Below are positions 49,965 to 63,439 of a stretch of DNA of 64,000 nt, piece after piece. The notes under the pieces were generated by a model, which did not search any database, had not been told where the DNA came from, and saw only the letters and a program-made list of their open reading frames with translations. Position numbers and translations under genes: made by a program. The stretch is from the NCBI GenBank assembly GCA_964016885.1, contig OZ024740.1, positions 224,812,001 to 224,876,000 of the forward strand, given 5' to 3'. Within the stretch, counting starts at the first letter, position 1. Each line of letters opens with the position of its first letter. The DNA comes from Eledone cirrhosa. Taxonomy: Eukaryota.

Positions 49965-50471
49965 GCCACCCTCCTTCAAAAATGAAGGAGAGGCAGTTTT
50001 CCTTTGTGTGATAGCTATGGCAAAAGAGGTTGTATGGTGGACAAGGTTGAAAGGGCTGAGGTCAGACACCTTTCTCTCCGGCCAACAACTGATTCTTTTT
50101 TTTCAAATACCACTTTGGAAGAAGAATCAGGATGGAGAGAGAGGTGCTGTACCCCAGAAAGTTTTATGAAAGGTGGGTGAAAGTGACGAGAATGGCCCGA
50201 GTGAATGGGCCTTCTCTCTATATCAGCCTGTAGGTTGAGGAAAAGGAGGAGGAGAGGAAAGGAGTACAAACTCTTCGTACGCCTGGAGATGAGGGTTGCA
50301 CATTTTTTCGGGGGTATGTGTTACCCATATAAACTGTCTCCCCCTATTGGGGAAAATCGACTAATTTTTGAAATTGCATTTGTGATAATATTTTACACGT
50401 TTTTATTGTATGTAAACTCCTCTTTTGTATTTGTCCCCTTCTTTTGTGCCCCTGTGGCTAATAAAGAAACA
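49965..50471 (+). mobile_element. Second, 5'-truncated and diverged Tx1 copy (ORF2 end + different 3' UTR)
   Basis: PPSFKNEGEAVFLCVIAMAKEVVWWTRLKGLRS matches the ORF2 C-terminus; ends aataaagaaac; flanked by the same 20-mer. Confidence 0.92.
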
Positions 50472-50934
50472 TATCTATATGTCTATATGTCTGTCTGTCT
50501 CTCTCTTTCTGTCTATCTGTCTGTTTATTTGTTTATCTATCTTTCTGTCTATATGTATGTGTGTCTGTCTGTCTTCTTATCTATCTATTACCTACTTACA
50601 TACCTAGCTACCTACGTACCTATCTCTATCTATCTATCTCTCTGTTCACCTATCTATCTCTCTGTTCACCTATCTATCTGTCTGTTTAATGTTTTTAGTA
50701 ATACTCACAAAATTTACATACTTTTCCAAACAGTTTATAAATCCTTCATTTGGTGTAAATTTAGTGTGTTCATCACACAAACCCAAAACAGAAAAATTTG
50801 GCTGGTTATCTATAAATCTATGTCTTCTTCCAATCATTCACACCCCACTTTTTCTATCTCTTAGCTAACTAGATAATAACATTTGTACATTTACTTAATG
50901 ATTCCCTCATCACTATTTTGAGAAGGGTGCTCAA

Positions 50935-50985
50935 GTTAATCACTGATGAAGTCAGAATAAGACTGAAACATGTCTTGGAGTTAAC
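50935..50985 (+). ncRNA. Orphan minimal hammerhead ribozyme motif (stem I imperfect)
   Basis: CTGATGA(50943)-agtc agaataa gact-GAAAC AT GTC(50974); perfect core and stem II, palindromic acatgt stem III. Confidence 0.6.
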
Positions 50986-51739
50986 TCCCTGTATTTGCCA
51001 GAAAAATAGAAAATATTATTAGTTACTATACTTTTGGATAATTATTTCTAGCTAAGTGTTTTAATGCTCTACACATTAAATATGTATACATTAACTTACA
51101 TAACAAGATAATTGTGTATTTAGTTGCCTAGCCACCACCTGTCTCTGATACAAATTAGTGCACAACATGCAACAGAAGATGACTACTGATGAAATAGGAA
51201 GAAGTAGTTATGCATGATCAAATGGTGCTCACATGTTTAATGATTTCAATATAGGGAAATACTGAGAGAGCCATTCAACTTATGCAAGCATGAAAAAGGT
51301 TGATTTTGGTGATAACAATGATGAAGACAATGATAGTGATGATGATGAAATTCATAATGACGATATTGGTGATGATGATATTGATATTACATCATGCTCT
51401 GTTCAACTGTTTAATAATATATTAACCTAGTTACAAACCTTGTTCATAGTAATAAGTTCTATAAATTATTAAAGTAATGAGAAAGGTAAGGAAGGATGTA
51501 ATAAAATAAAAGAGAGATATGAATGAAAACTCTTTTAATTGGCAGAGAACTATAAATTATAAAGTAAGAGAGCAGGCATGGGCGTGAGCTTTACAACTAT
51601 GGGATATCTGGTTCCATCCCACTACAGGGAACATGGAGTAGTTTCTTCTCAAAAAGTATTAAGCTAACCACTACCTTATGATTGAATTAATGTGCATGAA
51701 CAACAAGGATGATTTGAGATAAAAAATAGGTAAAAGAGG

Positions 51740-51985
51740 AATCAAATATAATGTGCAAGATAGCAGACTACACTGGTATGGACATGTAATGCACATGGAT
51801 TATCAAAGAAGTGCCAAGAAATCCCAGTGGAGATAAGCTGCAGTAGATGACCAAGAAAGACTTGGACAAAGATGATGACAGCTAATTTTAAATTACTGAA
51901 GCTCTCAGAGAAGATGGCAAAGGAAGATGACGAGTGTAGAGATGCTGTACTTAAAAAGATCTGTCCCACCTATGCGAGCATTCTT
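51740..51985 (+). mobile_element. RTE LINE 3' fragment
   Basis: RLHWYGHVM...KKCQEIPVE...RPRKTW. Confidence 0.75.
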
Positions 51986-52261
51986 GATGTGTTTTTCATC
52001 ATGGACAAGTCTTTTTACCATAGTTTAGGGGCCAATGAAGGTTGTGAGAAAAATTGGGCAAATGTAATGTGTGGAAGCCCATTGAAGGGCTTTTACCAGT
52101 CATTCAAAGAGCCAGCCACGTTACATATTGTGGCATGTTGATTCTGGTTAAGAATTACATTAAGGATGCATGTGGCCTTAAAATATACATCCTCTTGTCT
52201 GTGTCTGGTTGGCCACCAATGCAACAATTAACATACAATCCAATACAATATGTTTCATGGT

Positions 52262-52760
52262 CAGTCGATAAAATAAAGTACCAGTAATACACTGGGTTAA
52301 TTGCTGGCTTTGTGCCAAATGTAGAAACAATTATATTAATATAATTGTTTCTACTTTTGGCACAAGGCCAGCAATTACCCAGTGCATTACTGGTACTTTA
52401 TTTTATCGACCCCATAAGGATGAAAAGCAAAGTTAACCTCGGTGAGTTCAAATCCCGCAGACGTTAACTTTGCCTTTCACCCTTACAGGGTCGATAAAAT
52501 AAAGTACCAGTAATACACTGGGATAATTGCTGGCCTTGTGCCAAAAATAGAAACAATTATATTAGCAACCTTGTATTGGCAGTATTATTAGAGTATCAGA
52601 CACCATGTTTTGCAGCATAGAGTATGGTCCTTTACGTTCTAAGTTCAAATCCTGCTGAGGTTAACTTTGCCTTTCATCCTTATGGGTTTGGCAAAATAAA
52701 GCACCAGTATTACACTGGGGTAATTGCTGGCCTTGCACCAAAAAGTAGAAACAATTATAT
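52262..52760. mobile_element. Cluster of four SINE pieces in +/-/+/+ orientation
   Basis: Repeated gtcgataaaataaagtaccagtaatacactggg...gtagaaacaattat and its reverse complement. Confidence 0.9.
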
Positions 52761-53489
52761 TAACAATTAGACCAGCAAACCCATCAAGTCTATTTGGTCA
52801 GTAAGGCAGTTTTTGGATGCCATGTGGGATGTGAAACAAACCATATCAAAGAGAAAAGAACTCATGTATTTGTCTCTGTATCTTCACTTAGCATTGTATA
52901 TCACAATTACAGACAATGAGTTTTGTTTATATCTGGCATATACAGATGTCCCACAGCTCAATGCTTATATGGGCAGTTCTGTATTTTACTTTATAAAGAA
53001 ACAAAGATTCATGTCAGGAATATCATCTGCTTCACAAAATCTTGTCCAAACAATGGAAAAATGGATGTTAAATTGATGATGATGATTATGATGATGATAA
53101 AATAATCATGGTGCATGGGCATGACCATGTAGGTAAGAAGATCACAGCAATACAGTTCTGGGTTAAATCCCATTGTACAACTTCTTGAACAATTGTCTTT
53201 TACTGTTGCCTTAGGTTAACTAATGTTCTAGGAGGATTACTTGTTAGATAGAAATGGTGTGGAAACTGGTGTATGTGATTGTCTATTTATTTCCTGTGTT
53301 TATGTTCACCTGTTTAAACCAATATATTAAGTTGCATCCTTGTATTTCAAAGCATAACCTAGTGATATGATAAATTCAGACTGATAAAATAAGCATCAGG
53401 CTGAATAAGAAATGGTGTTAATATAGCTGAATGAAACCCTTAAAAGCAGTGTTCCTACCTTACCACAGACCTTAGTATGTTGGTATGCA

Positions 53490-53682
53490 AGAGTCGGCTG
53501 AAAAGTTCTTAGGCTGACAAAGATACTCTCACGGAATGACCAATTGAGGTTAAATTTTCAACATATTTCCTGGAAAGAAACAATGCAGTTATTGATAAAA
53601 AGTTGAAATTAATGCATGCAAGACTTCACAGCTCTAGCATCAATCCTTCATAGTCAGCCTATGAGCATTTCAGCTGACCCTC
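53490..53682. mobile_element. Mariner-type MITE with ~30-bp TIRs
   Basis: gagtcggctgaaaagttcttaggctgac ... gtcagcctatgagcatttcagctgaccct. Confidence 0.75.
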
Positions 53683-55834
53683 ATATGTATATATATATAT
53701 ATGTTTGTGTATATATATATGTGTGTGTATATCTATGCTGATATAAAATTATATGAATGCTGTTATAGTTGTTACATTTGTTTTGCCCTAGATCAGCCTT
53801 GATTGTGCAAACATGAGCAAAAGCATTCCAATCATGACCATACCATCTCTGACTAGAAATATATTACTTAATGTCCTTCCTTCTTTAAGATGATACTGTG
53901 GGATTTGAAGTACATTTTTTTGTTATTTTCATTAAGTCAAATGTCTACATATACACACCTTCATTAGCTCAAAGTGGGTGTGGCAGTTGACATGAGTGTT
54001 AGGGTATGTGCATGTGTGTGTGCTGCTATCAATATATATGTTTGTGAGATGATTAGTCGAATTTTAAGAAATTTGTGTATATGTGGTGTTTTTCTTAGTT
54101 TCTGTATTGTTCTTTGTTTTCTCCTTATTTCTCTGTCATTGCCATCATCATCATCACCTAGCATATTTTGTTTTTATGCTGGCATGTGTTAGACCAGTCA
54201 TCACAGCTTTTGCCTGTACTTAATAAAGAGCTACACTAATCCAAAACTAATCAGGGTGCCAATCGTACATACATTTCAGTTTCTACATCTAGATGTCCTT
54301 CCAACCAATTTGCTGAGTGTATTTTGATACCTTTGTCAACTAAAATGCTTCTGTTAACACTGTAGAAGCTCTGTGTATCTGTGGATGTTTGTGTGTTTTA
54401 ATGGTTTTATATATGCCATTCGATTGTTAACTTACTATTCGTATTTCTTGCTATTTAGCTAATTAATTTTCAATTATTCATTTGATAATGTGTCAAGTTC
54501 AGTAAGTATAGCAAAGATACAGATTTTTACAGTATTTTACAGTTTGCACGAATTCACCTAATTCAAAACAGAAATTAAGCAAACAGTAATAAAAGACAAT
54601 GCTATGATAGTTAAAATAGAATTCTAAAAAACATTCACTTTACAATAGAGCCAGAAATGTATGTATGTATCTGGTGTAGAATAAGTACACCAAATTCTTT
54701 ACATTCTGTCATGATTAAATGATTGTCACTAGAAAGGGCATCCAGCTGTAAAATATTGCCTCAAATAGCAATCAATCAACAAGATCTCAGATCTTATTCA
54801 CTTACCAAGTGGGGTGGAACTTGTCAATTCAGATCTAGGAAACAATATTTCCACTACCAGTCACAACTCCTGGTAGAAAAAGCAGTGTGAAATAGTATCT
54901 TGCACAAGGACATAACACATCGCCCATTCCAGGAAACAAACTCACAATCTCATGATTAGGAATCCAATTCCCTAACCACTAAGCCACTCACCTTCAATTT
55001 GCTTCAAAAAGGAACACAAGATGATTCTGAAATCTATCATGTGACCTGCTTTAGCAGGGAAAATGTTCTGAAATTGCTGGTTGCTGTAATAGAGCGAGAA
55101 ATGACAGTTACACAGCATCCTCACCATTTCATGTTCTATCTCTAGTCTGGTCCAATTCAGTTCTTATTCAAAGATTCTACTTTCCTAGATGGGACAGAGA
55201 GATGCATGATTTGTCAAACTCATGTAACATGACCAGAACAGAATACTTTAGTTAAAATACCATATTTTGACTATGAATGTTATATCAGCAGTTGCATTGT
55301 GAGAGAGTCATTTCAGTCATTCAAAAACACAAAAACTGTTAAATTCACTTTCCATTTAGCTAACCTGGCTCTTCTTCAATGTAGCTGCTTTAGTTGTAAC
55401 ACACAATCACAGATCAAGAGATTTCTGAAGCAAAAACAACTCTGAATTTTATATCTATTGTTTTTTAAATATCTATTTAACAGATCGGTCAGATTAACAG
55501 TGAACAATATCCTTTCTCTTCTATCTGTCATACAGCCTTTAAGCATTCCTTTACTCTGCAGATCATGCAGAATATAATGAAATTATTTGTCAATGCAGCA
55601 GAATGCATGGGGTAAGAATAAAATTCATGAACCATCATCCAGAGGGCAATCACCCCATCTGCTTGAAAATGGTTCTCTAAAATCCTACCACCAAACTTTA
55701 AATTGCAGCTGATATTGATAAGATTCTATTTCAAGCTGTGCTTTGCTTCTGGTAAAATGAGTTGCCTCCAATGATGCATTCCCCTTAACAGGTGTTAGTA
55801 GGTAATAGAGGAATCTTTACCGTTATAAACAATG

Positions 55835-55934
55835 GAAGAAGAAGAAGAAGAAGAAGAAGAAGAAGAAGAAGAAGAAGAAGAAGAAGAAGAAGAAGAAGAA
55901 AAAAAAGAAGAAGAAGAAGAAGAAGAAGAAGAAG
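55835..55934. repeat. (GAA)n microsatellite
   Basis: About 30 units with one A-run interruption. Confidence 0.97.
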
Positions 55935-57492
55935 AGTGTTTATTATCCAAGATTGAAAGCATAATTCAATGTTAGGTTGGAGAGAATCCTAATAACTACA
56001 TGGTAAAATCTTTTCTTGGATGAACTTATATACTCTCCTCTACAAACAAAGCATTTGATAAAGAAATCTGCAAAAAAAAAAACAAATATTAGTCAACAAG
56101 AGGTTCCACAACAAATCAATAGATAAAGCCATAGAAAAATATTAGCACAAATGCAAAACAAAAGTTAATCAGGCACCACACTTATTAAAATACACAGCAG
56201 CACACAAAGTGTATTAGATGAATCAAATGTATGTTATGGAATATATGAACACAATGTCAAATAATCATATAAAACAGTACACAAAAATCATGACACCAAA
56301 AGATAAATTAGCATTAATAATATACTACATTATGATTATAATATACAACATTATGGTTAAAAACATGTATACACTAAAGATCCACAAGCATGTGATCCAG
56401 TAAACAAGCTACTAATGAGCAATGTGATTTATAAACCTGATTGCTAATGTGAAGGTTATAGACCTCATAGTTCTAAATATTATAATGCAGTAGTACATTG
56501 TTTCCTTGCTGGCTCCCCATGCACTCACAACAAAGAGCCCTTTTCATTCACCACACAACATTACAAAACTAGATAGCCTAATATCTCTGTACTCTACAAA
56601 ATTCCCTACAGAAATAAACGATTTATAATGGAATCAATACACATCACACAGCTCAAAGCTAAAATAAACACTCAATCAAACAATGATAGACACTTGATTG
56701 ATGATGTATAATAGTTGAAATTCAAATTCCAGTGTTAATATTAGCTCTGCTTACTATAAAGATGCAGTAGTAAATGTCATCATTTTATCATGAAGATGAC
56801 CAGAGATGCTTTCACATTAAACAACTGACCGTATGCCTTGTGATCACACAAATCTATGGCATCATGAGTTTCAAAACAGTATCCCTCTATCCAGTTTCAC
56901 TTGCGTCAACCTGAGGCTAAGGTGAAAGACTTTTGACAAAGATGTCACATAGTGGAATCAAATATGGAATCACATTATTAATAAGCAAACCTCAGACCTC
57001 TTTAAAATTCTACCATGCATCTGTCTATGAGGAATAAGTTAAAATTAGAATAATGAGAATGAAAAAGAAAATTCAGTCCAAGTAATTGGGAATCTTTGTT
57101 AATACTGACAACGTGTTGAATAAATTGAGATTTATGTAAGACCCAAGAAACACCAACTGAAATATATTCCATTGACCCTTACTGCCACAAATATCAAGAC
57201 TATTATGATTGATTGTAAAACTATAATGAATATGGATGTGTGAATATAAATTATTAATTATTAGACTCAAGTCTAAAATCTGCCTTGGGTGACAATGTGG
57301 CAATCTGTTAGTGTCAATTTTAAATGCTGAAACTTAATTCAAACCAGCTCCATGCATTCATTTCATTATATATAAGACCAGCAATTATCCCAGTGTATTA
57401 ATGAAGTACCAGTAATACACTGGGATAATTGCTTGTCTTGTGCCAAATGTAGAAACAATTATATATCGTAGTTAAATACCCAGCTAAGTATT

Positions 57493-57671
57493 AGGGTCGG
57501 CTGAAAAATTTATAGGCTGACCAAGATACTCTTATGGAATGATCAAATGAAGTGTATTTCTCAACATAGTTGCTGAATGGAAACAATGCAGTTATTAGTA
57601 GCAAGAGTTGAAATCAATGCATGCAAGAGTTTACAGCTTTATTGTCATTATATGAATTTTCAGTCAACCCT
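57493..57671. mobile_element. Mariner-type MITE, same family as 53490
   Basis: agggtcggctgaaaaatttataggctgac ... tatgaattttcagtcaaccct; internal sequence shared. Confidence 0.7.
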
Positions 57672-58796
57672 TCTATAGTCACTTTACAAGGAAGCATACA
57701 TAGATTATTAGATTTATGAGGTTGCTTCAAGGGTGTGATGAAATGTTCACTAAGCAATAGGTTAGCAGCATATGATGTATGGTATCTATCTTTGTTGTAA
57801 TTCCAAGAGAACGTCCTTGCAAATATATCAGTTTAAATGTATAAATGTATGCACTATATATTTATCTATTATACTGAGCATTCTTGCAAATGTATCAGTA
57901 TTAAATTACACATTACACATCTTGAAAATGTATCAGTTACACAAATTCATTTTGTGTATATATCAACTAAAGCTTATTAAGGGAACAGTTTTGATGTGAA
58001 ATATTACATTTATATTGAATAGATTTTTCAATATTTTTCAATAAATATAAATTTGCCTGGAACAAAGAATATTAGTATTGTTCTAAATTATGGTGAAAGA
58101 AAAAAGTAGATTTAAAACGTATACAATTTTAATAAAGTAGTTATTTTGTACATTTTAAGAATTACAAATATACTCTCGCTTTCAGTGGTTATCTAAACAA
58201 TTACAAATTTTTATATCAATAGATACATTTTAGAAATATTTCATTATTGAAATTGAGAATGTTAAAGAAAAATATAAAAATAAACATAATTCATTCCAGA
58301 ATAGATATTTAAAATATATTGCTATAATTTGTTTATTGATAGATATATAAACTATTTTATTTTAAAACAAATATCTGAAAATTTAGAAATACTCATTGGT
58401 AAACAGACAAAGTAAAATTATAATTTTTATCATTATTTCTTTTTATAATTCTCCTGTTTGATTTTCAATTTATATATAACTGAAATTTCTGCAAATTCCG
58501 TCATTTATTTTAATCTCAATACTTTGCAAGTTTGCCTGAATTTAATAGATACTTTTCTCATTTAATTCTAAAGTTGCCTTTGAACTTGAAAATAGATTGT
58601 AGAAACAATCTGGGTTTCAGTTCTTATGTTTTGATCTGCAACAAGAAATTCATATTGGCAGCAACTGTTTGTCTAGGTATCTTTAAAAATACAAGATGTG
58701 TTTTCCTCTATCAATAAACACAGCACCATAGGTTATTGACATTTGTTTCTGATCTTGCAACACTCAGTTAGCATAAGAATTGATGTTATAATCTCT

Positions 58797-58982
58797 GGTT
58801 TGGCGTTATCGGTTAAGGGTCGGACAATATGCTTTGCAAGCACAGAGTTATGCCCCTTTCTGATCTGAGTTCAAATCCCGCCGAGGTTAACTTTGCCTTT
58901 CATCCTTACAGGGTCGATAAAATAAAGTACCATTAATGCAATGGAATAATTGCTGGCCTTGTGCTAAAAGTAGAAACAATTA
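58797..58982 (+). mobile_element. tRNA-derived SINE
   Basis: Full copy of the 22359 family. Confidence 0.85.
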
Positions 58983-59349
58983 TATACAGAAATGTTCCAA
59001 TGGAATTTTTATACTTACAAGGAACAGACAAGATAAAAAAAACATTATATATAATTCAATCCAATAGGATAGATTTATTCATATGTTTTGTGTGTATACT
59101 ATTAATCATAGAGATTTAAGTTAGACCAATGAGTGTATGTATTTAATAAATATACAAGGTCAGTGATCGAACCACACTGATCAAACCACATGATTTTCTT
59201 TGTAACTAGTTTCATCATTTTTACTGCTTCATCAGATGTCAGTTACCTATTTCTGACAAAATAGTAGTATATTTATTATATAAAAAACACAGAACTGAAC
59301 CGGTTTGATCTAATTTGCAGGTTATTACTAATATTAAGCAATTAAGCAG

Positions 59350-59555
59350 ATAATTGTTTCTGATTTATGCACGTGGCCAACAATTTCAGGGGCAAGGAAA
59401 GTCAATTAAATCGATCCCAGTGCATTACTGGTACTTTATTTTATCAACCCTGTAAGGATGAATAACAAAGCTAACCTCAGTGGGATTTGAACTCAGAAGA
59501 ACTACATGCCACAAAGCATAATGCCCTACACTCAACCAATAATGTCAATCCACGA
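59350..59555 (-). mobile_element. tRNA-derived SINE, inverted relative to 58797
   Basis: cccagtgcattactggtactttattttatc...gggatttgaactcag. Confidence 0.75.
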
Positions 59556-60444
59556 CCTACATATATGAAGTAATTAATAAAAATGCTACACAGTATATTA
59601 TTTTAAATAGAAATGTACAAGTGTATGTTTTCATTAAACACACATCTGGAAGCTTTGGTGTAAAAATCGTATCTCTTTAACAAAACAATCACTGTAGTGA
59701 TTCTATAAAGTAATTAAAATATGTTTTCAGTATTTGTATTGCTTTGCAAATTAATGCTGACCATTTCAGTACTGTCTGAGTTTGAATATGTTTTAAATAA
59801 CTACAGGCTGCTGTTCTCTCTGTAGTCAGAAAATTTATTGAGCAACATATAACTGAGTGGTACGAAATGTTGAAGCTAGTGTGACAAATCTCGTTTTTCT
59901 GGTTATGGATCACAGTATCTAATTTTCACAATGAAACTAAAAATGTGCCTAATAGTACTTGCCCCTCCCCCCCCCCTTTCCTCTCATTTACAGCATATAT
60001 AGTCCATTCCAATGCTGCTTTCGTTTTCTCTATGTTTGACTAATTTATAGTTTATATGAACAATAGATTTATCTCATTTTAAAAAATGTGTTTATTACTA
60101 ACACATCGCGTAGTGTGTGTTTATATTCCTACAATAACTGTAGCTCTTTGAACTCTGACACCAAGCCATGCCTATAGTCCCCACCGCTGGGCATGTGCAT
60201 GCAAATTACTGAAAAAAATATTTGTCAAACCTGAAAAGACATTGCACAAACATGATAAAAATCACTGCAATGCATTACCGAAGAACTAGGACTAAAGCAA
60301 CAACGTAACATGTTGAGTGGTGTGTGGATAAGAATAGTAAATAGAAGTATGCAGTAGAAGAGAATCCCAGATTTAGCAGGATATAGGCAAATGTAATTGG
60401 AATTGAAATAAAGAATGGGCATGTTCAAATAGCTGTATCACCTC

Positions 60445-60705
60445 TCTTGTGGCAACCTGGTGAATTCAAATACCAATCTAAGCTCACTTCTCACCAGGCT
60501 GAAGATGGCACACTGTCCAAGTATAAGCCACTCTCTGATTGGTTTGTGGAAATTTCCAGTGTTCTTGGCCCCTAGACCACATCCCTGCTCTCAGCTATTA
60601 GAGCAGAGTTGGCAGCCCCCACAGGTGGAGTGGTTCTTCCAGCGTGTCTCCATTGCTGCCACCTGGGGCAATGTATTCTACATTCTGATGGCTGGGACCA
60701 AGTAG
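60445..60705 (+). mobile_element. Second, more decayed CRE-like RLE 3' fragment
   Basis: EWFFQRVSIAATWGNVFYIL; nucleotide similarity to 23365-23640. Confidence 0.65.
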
Positions 60706-61505
60706 CTGAGGGTAAGATACTTTGAGGTGAAGGATACTCATTCAGATGTCACATAGAAACATACAAAATTGTCAATTTTATATTTATTAATAGGTGTAAA
60801 ATACAATGTGCTTCATGCTACTTGACTTTAAACGAGTATTATTTGTAATTCATGGTTGAATAATTAATTGATCCACCTGAAAACAACTATATGTGAAATT
60901 AAGAATTTATAAACAAATGCTCATGTGGAAAATATAGGTAAACATTTTTCTCACACACTATGTTGAAAATGATTGGGAAGGAATGGGATTAAATAATACA
61001 GGAATACTGCCTTCCAGTTTACCTTCTCCTTCCTTGCACTGCGTTTGTGTATGCATACACATACACAAACATAATGCATCTAAACACTATCACATAGGAA
61101 CTGCACTAAAACTATTTTCATTTGAATTTATGAGAGCAATATTGTAGAAACATGTTTATATTCTTTTAATATAAATGGCCATCAGAATTTGAATGAACAT
61201 GAAACACAAAAGTGATTTGTCCTAGCAATCACATAGAGGTACTGTATATAAAGATATAATAGATGGTTTAATATACTTTGTAGTAGGTTAACCACCAGAT
61301 TGCAAATAAATTCTCAGATCAACAGTAAAATGAGATCTCAACACACTTGAGTGTGAAAATTAATTGCTCACATTTAATGCTTGGCTGGCTGGCTGGTGTA
61401 ATTCCTGATGCTGCTTTTTTATGGACTTAATTCTTTGTCCAGTTTAACATCACCACTTGATCTTTGGGTGATTTTAGTGAAATTTGTTTTTATAGGAGTA
61501 AAACA

Positions 61506-61830
61506 TTTTTTTTTTTATTTACAGTTGTATAAATTTACAGTTGAATAACATTACAAATTGCTCGCAATTCGTTCTGAAGAATATTACAAATACAATATCT
61601 AAACCGTGTATGAAATATAATAATATAATTCATTGAACAATAATGATAAAGGAAAGAAAAAAAGAGGGGGAGGGGTAATTCACTACCAAGTGCGACAGTC
61701 GACCGCACCTCACAACTTAGGGGTTTCACTCTATTGCAAGCATTTCAGCCTAGGTCCCATTTAAAGATACCTCCCATTAGTCTTGGAGGCCCATCAGTAC
61801 AATCATAAGTACAACCTCCTCTCCCTGACT
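61506..61830 (-). mobile_element. Possible 3' end of a poly(A)-tailed retroelement or retrocopy
   Basis: Minus strand ends ...ctgtaAATAAAaaaaaaaa after a GC-richer segment and an AT-rich UTR. Confidence 0.35.
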
Positions 61831-63219
61831 AAATTGTAATAATAAGCCTCTCTACCTATCTTTTGTCTCACATTTTATTTTTTATTTCTTCTATGTGTGC
61901 TCTCAACATCATTTTACATCTTTCTCCTTTATTCTGTCTTTTAAATATATTCACATTGCTTGGATATATATAATATATAATTATGTATAAGTCACATCTT
62001 CATTTTACATACATTTGCACTGTACCATTATCATGAATTGAGGTTTTGTAGGTCCAGTAGATAAGTTGCATACTGATGTTACATATTGTATTATTGAGGA
62101 AAAGATTATACACAATTCCACCATTCATACACACATGACCACACACACAAATACAATACACACATACACTCACATACACAAAATATGAAAATATTTTTCA
62201 GACAACAAACTTGTTAACAATTCCACCAGTGTAACCCTTCCACCAGCCCTACCTACTGTTCTTATTTCAATTCACTTTAGTTCCTCGTTAATGAATGGTG
62301 GCTGTTAGTGACAAAAAAACTAGAGACAGTGACACCAGCTCTGGGTAAAAAGAAAAATGTTCACACACACACATACATACACAAATAAATAACATAAAAA
62401 AACACCCACAAAAAAAAAACGCGAAAAACACATCAAAACCAATAAAAGATCAAGACACCTACACATGAATTTTGAGGTCAAACTACTGATTATTTTTATA
62501 TTGACTTTCTGATTTTGTGAAATATAATTCCTTTGAAGGATAATTTAGTGAACTTCAAATATGAGGAATGAAATTTCAGCATTGCTTGCTTCAACAGTCA
62601 ATGGCTGATCAACAATGTATTGTGAAAGAGTAATATGCAAGTGTTGCCAGTATGTTGCGGAAATATGCAAGAGCTTTCACTAAATAGTAGAATTAGCTAA
62701 TGATATTCTTTGTGCAATGAACTGTCTAACTGTCTAACTGTTAAGCCTATTAACAGTGAAACTGCTTACTCTTACAAACAGTGCTGCCAGCACCATCACC
62801 ACCACCACAGCAAACACTCCCACTATCTCTCACCACCACAACCACTGTTGCTGCTGTTCTAGCCACCACCACCACCCCCTTTTCATCCTATTATAAATCA
62901 ATTATATATAATTTTTTTAATATTTTCCTGTTACAAATAATATCTTGCAGCCATCATCAAAATGGTTACCTAGGCTGGCTTAGTTATGTAGTGTGCATGC
63001 TTTTAAACAGTTGCAGATTTGTGTTATGGAGTGAACGTATTCATTCACGCATATATTTATACATGTGCATACATAAACACACATACACACATACATTAGC
63101 ATAGACAAGCATATTCTTTCTGTATTTCTCTATCACTCTTTCTTTCTTTCTAATTTTCTGCTACTTTCATTGAATTTCTATAGCTCACTTATTTCTCTCT
63201 CATAAATTAAATTATACAT

Positions 63220-63272
<53 letters not shown>

Positions 63273-63439
63273 ATATAAATGGAAGTGTAGGAGCAGACAT
63301 GGTAGTGAGGTGCTGATATGGCTATGTGGTTGAGGGTATCTCTTTACAACACTGGACAAGTGCTTCCTACTGTAATCTCAAGCCAACATTGAGAATGAAT
63401 TTGGTAGATGGAATCTGTGAGGATATATATATATATATC

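Noticed and set aside
50205-50864. 219-aa ORF
   Set aside because: Runs through a Tx1 3' UTR and a CTAT microsatellite; no domain
52262-52760. CRISPR-like repeat array
   Set aside because: The repeats are SINE fragments in mixed orientation without unique spacers; eukaryotic context and no cas genes
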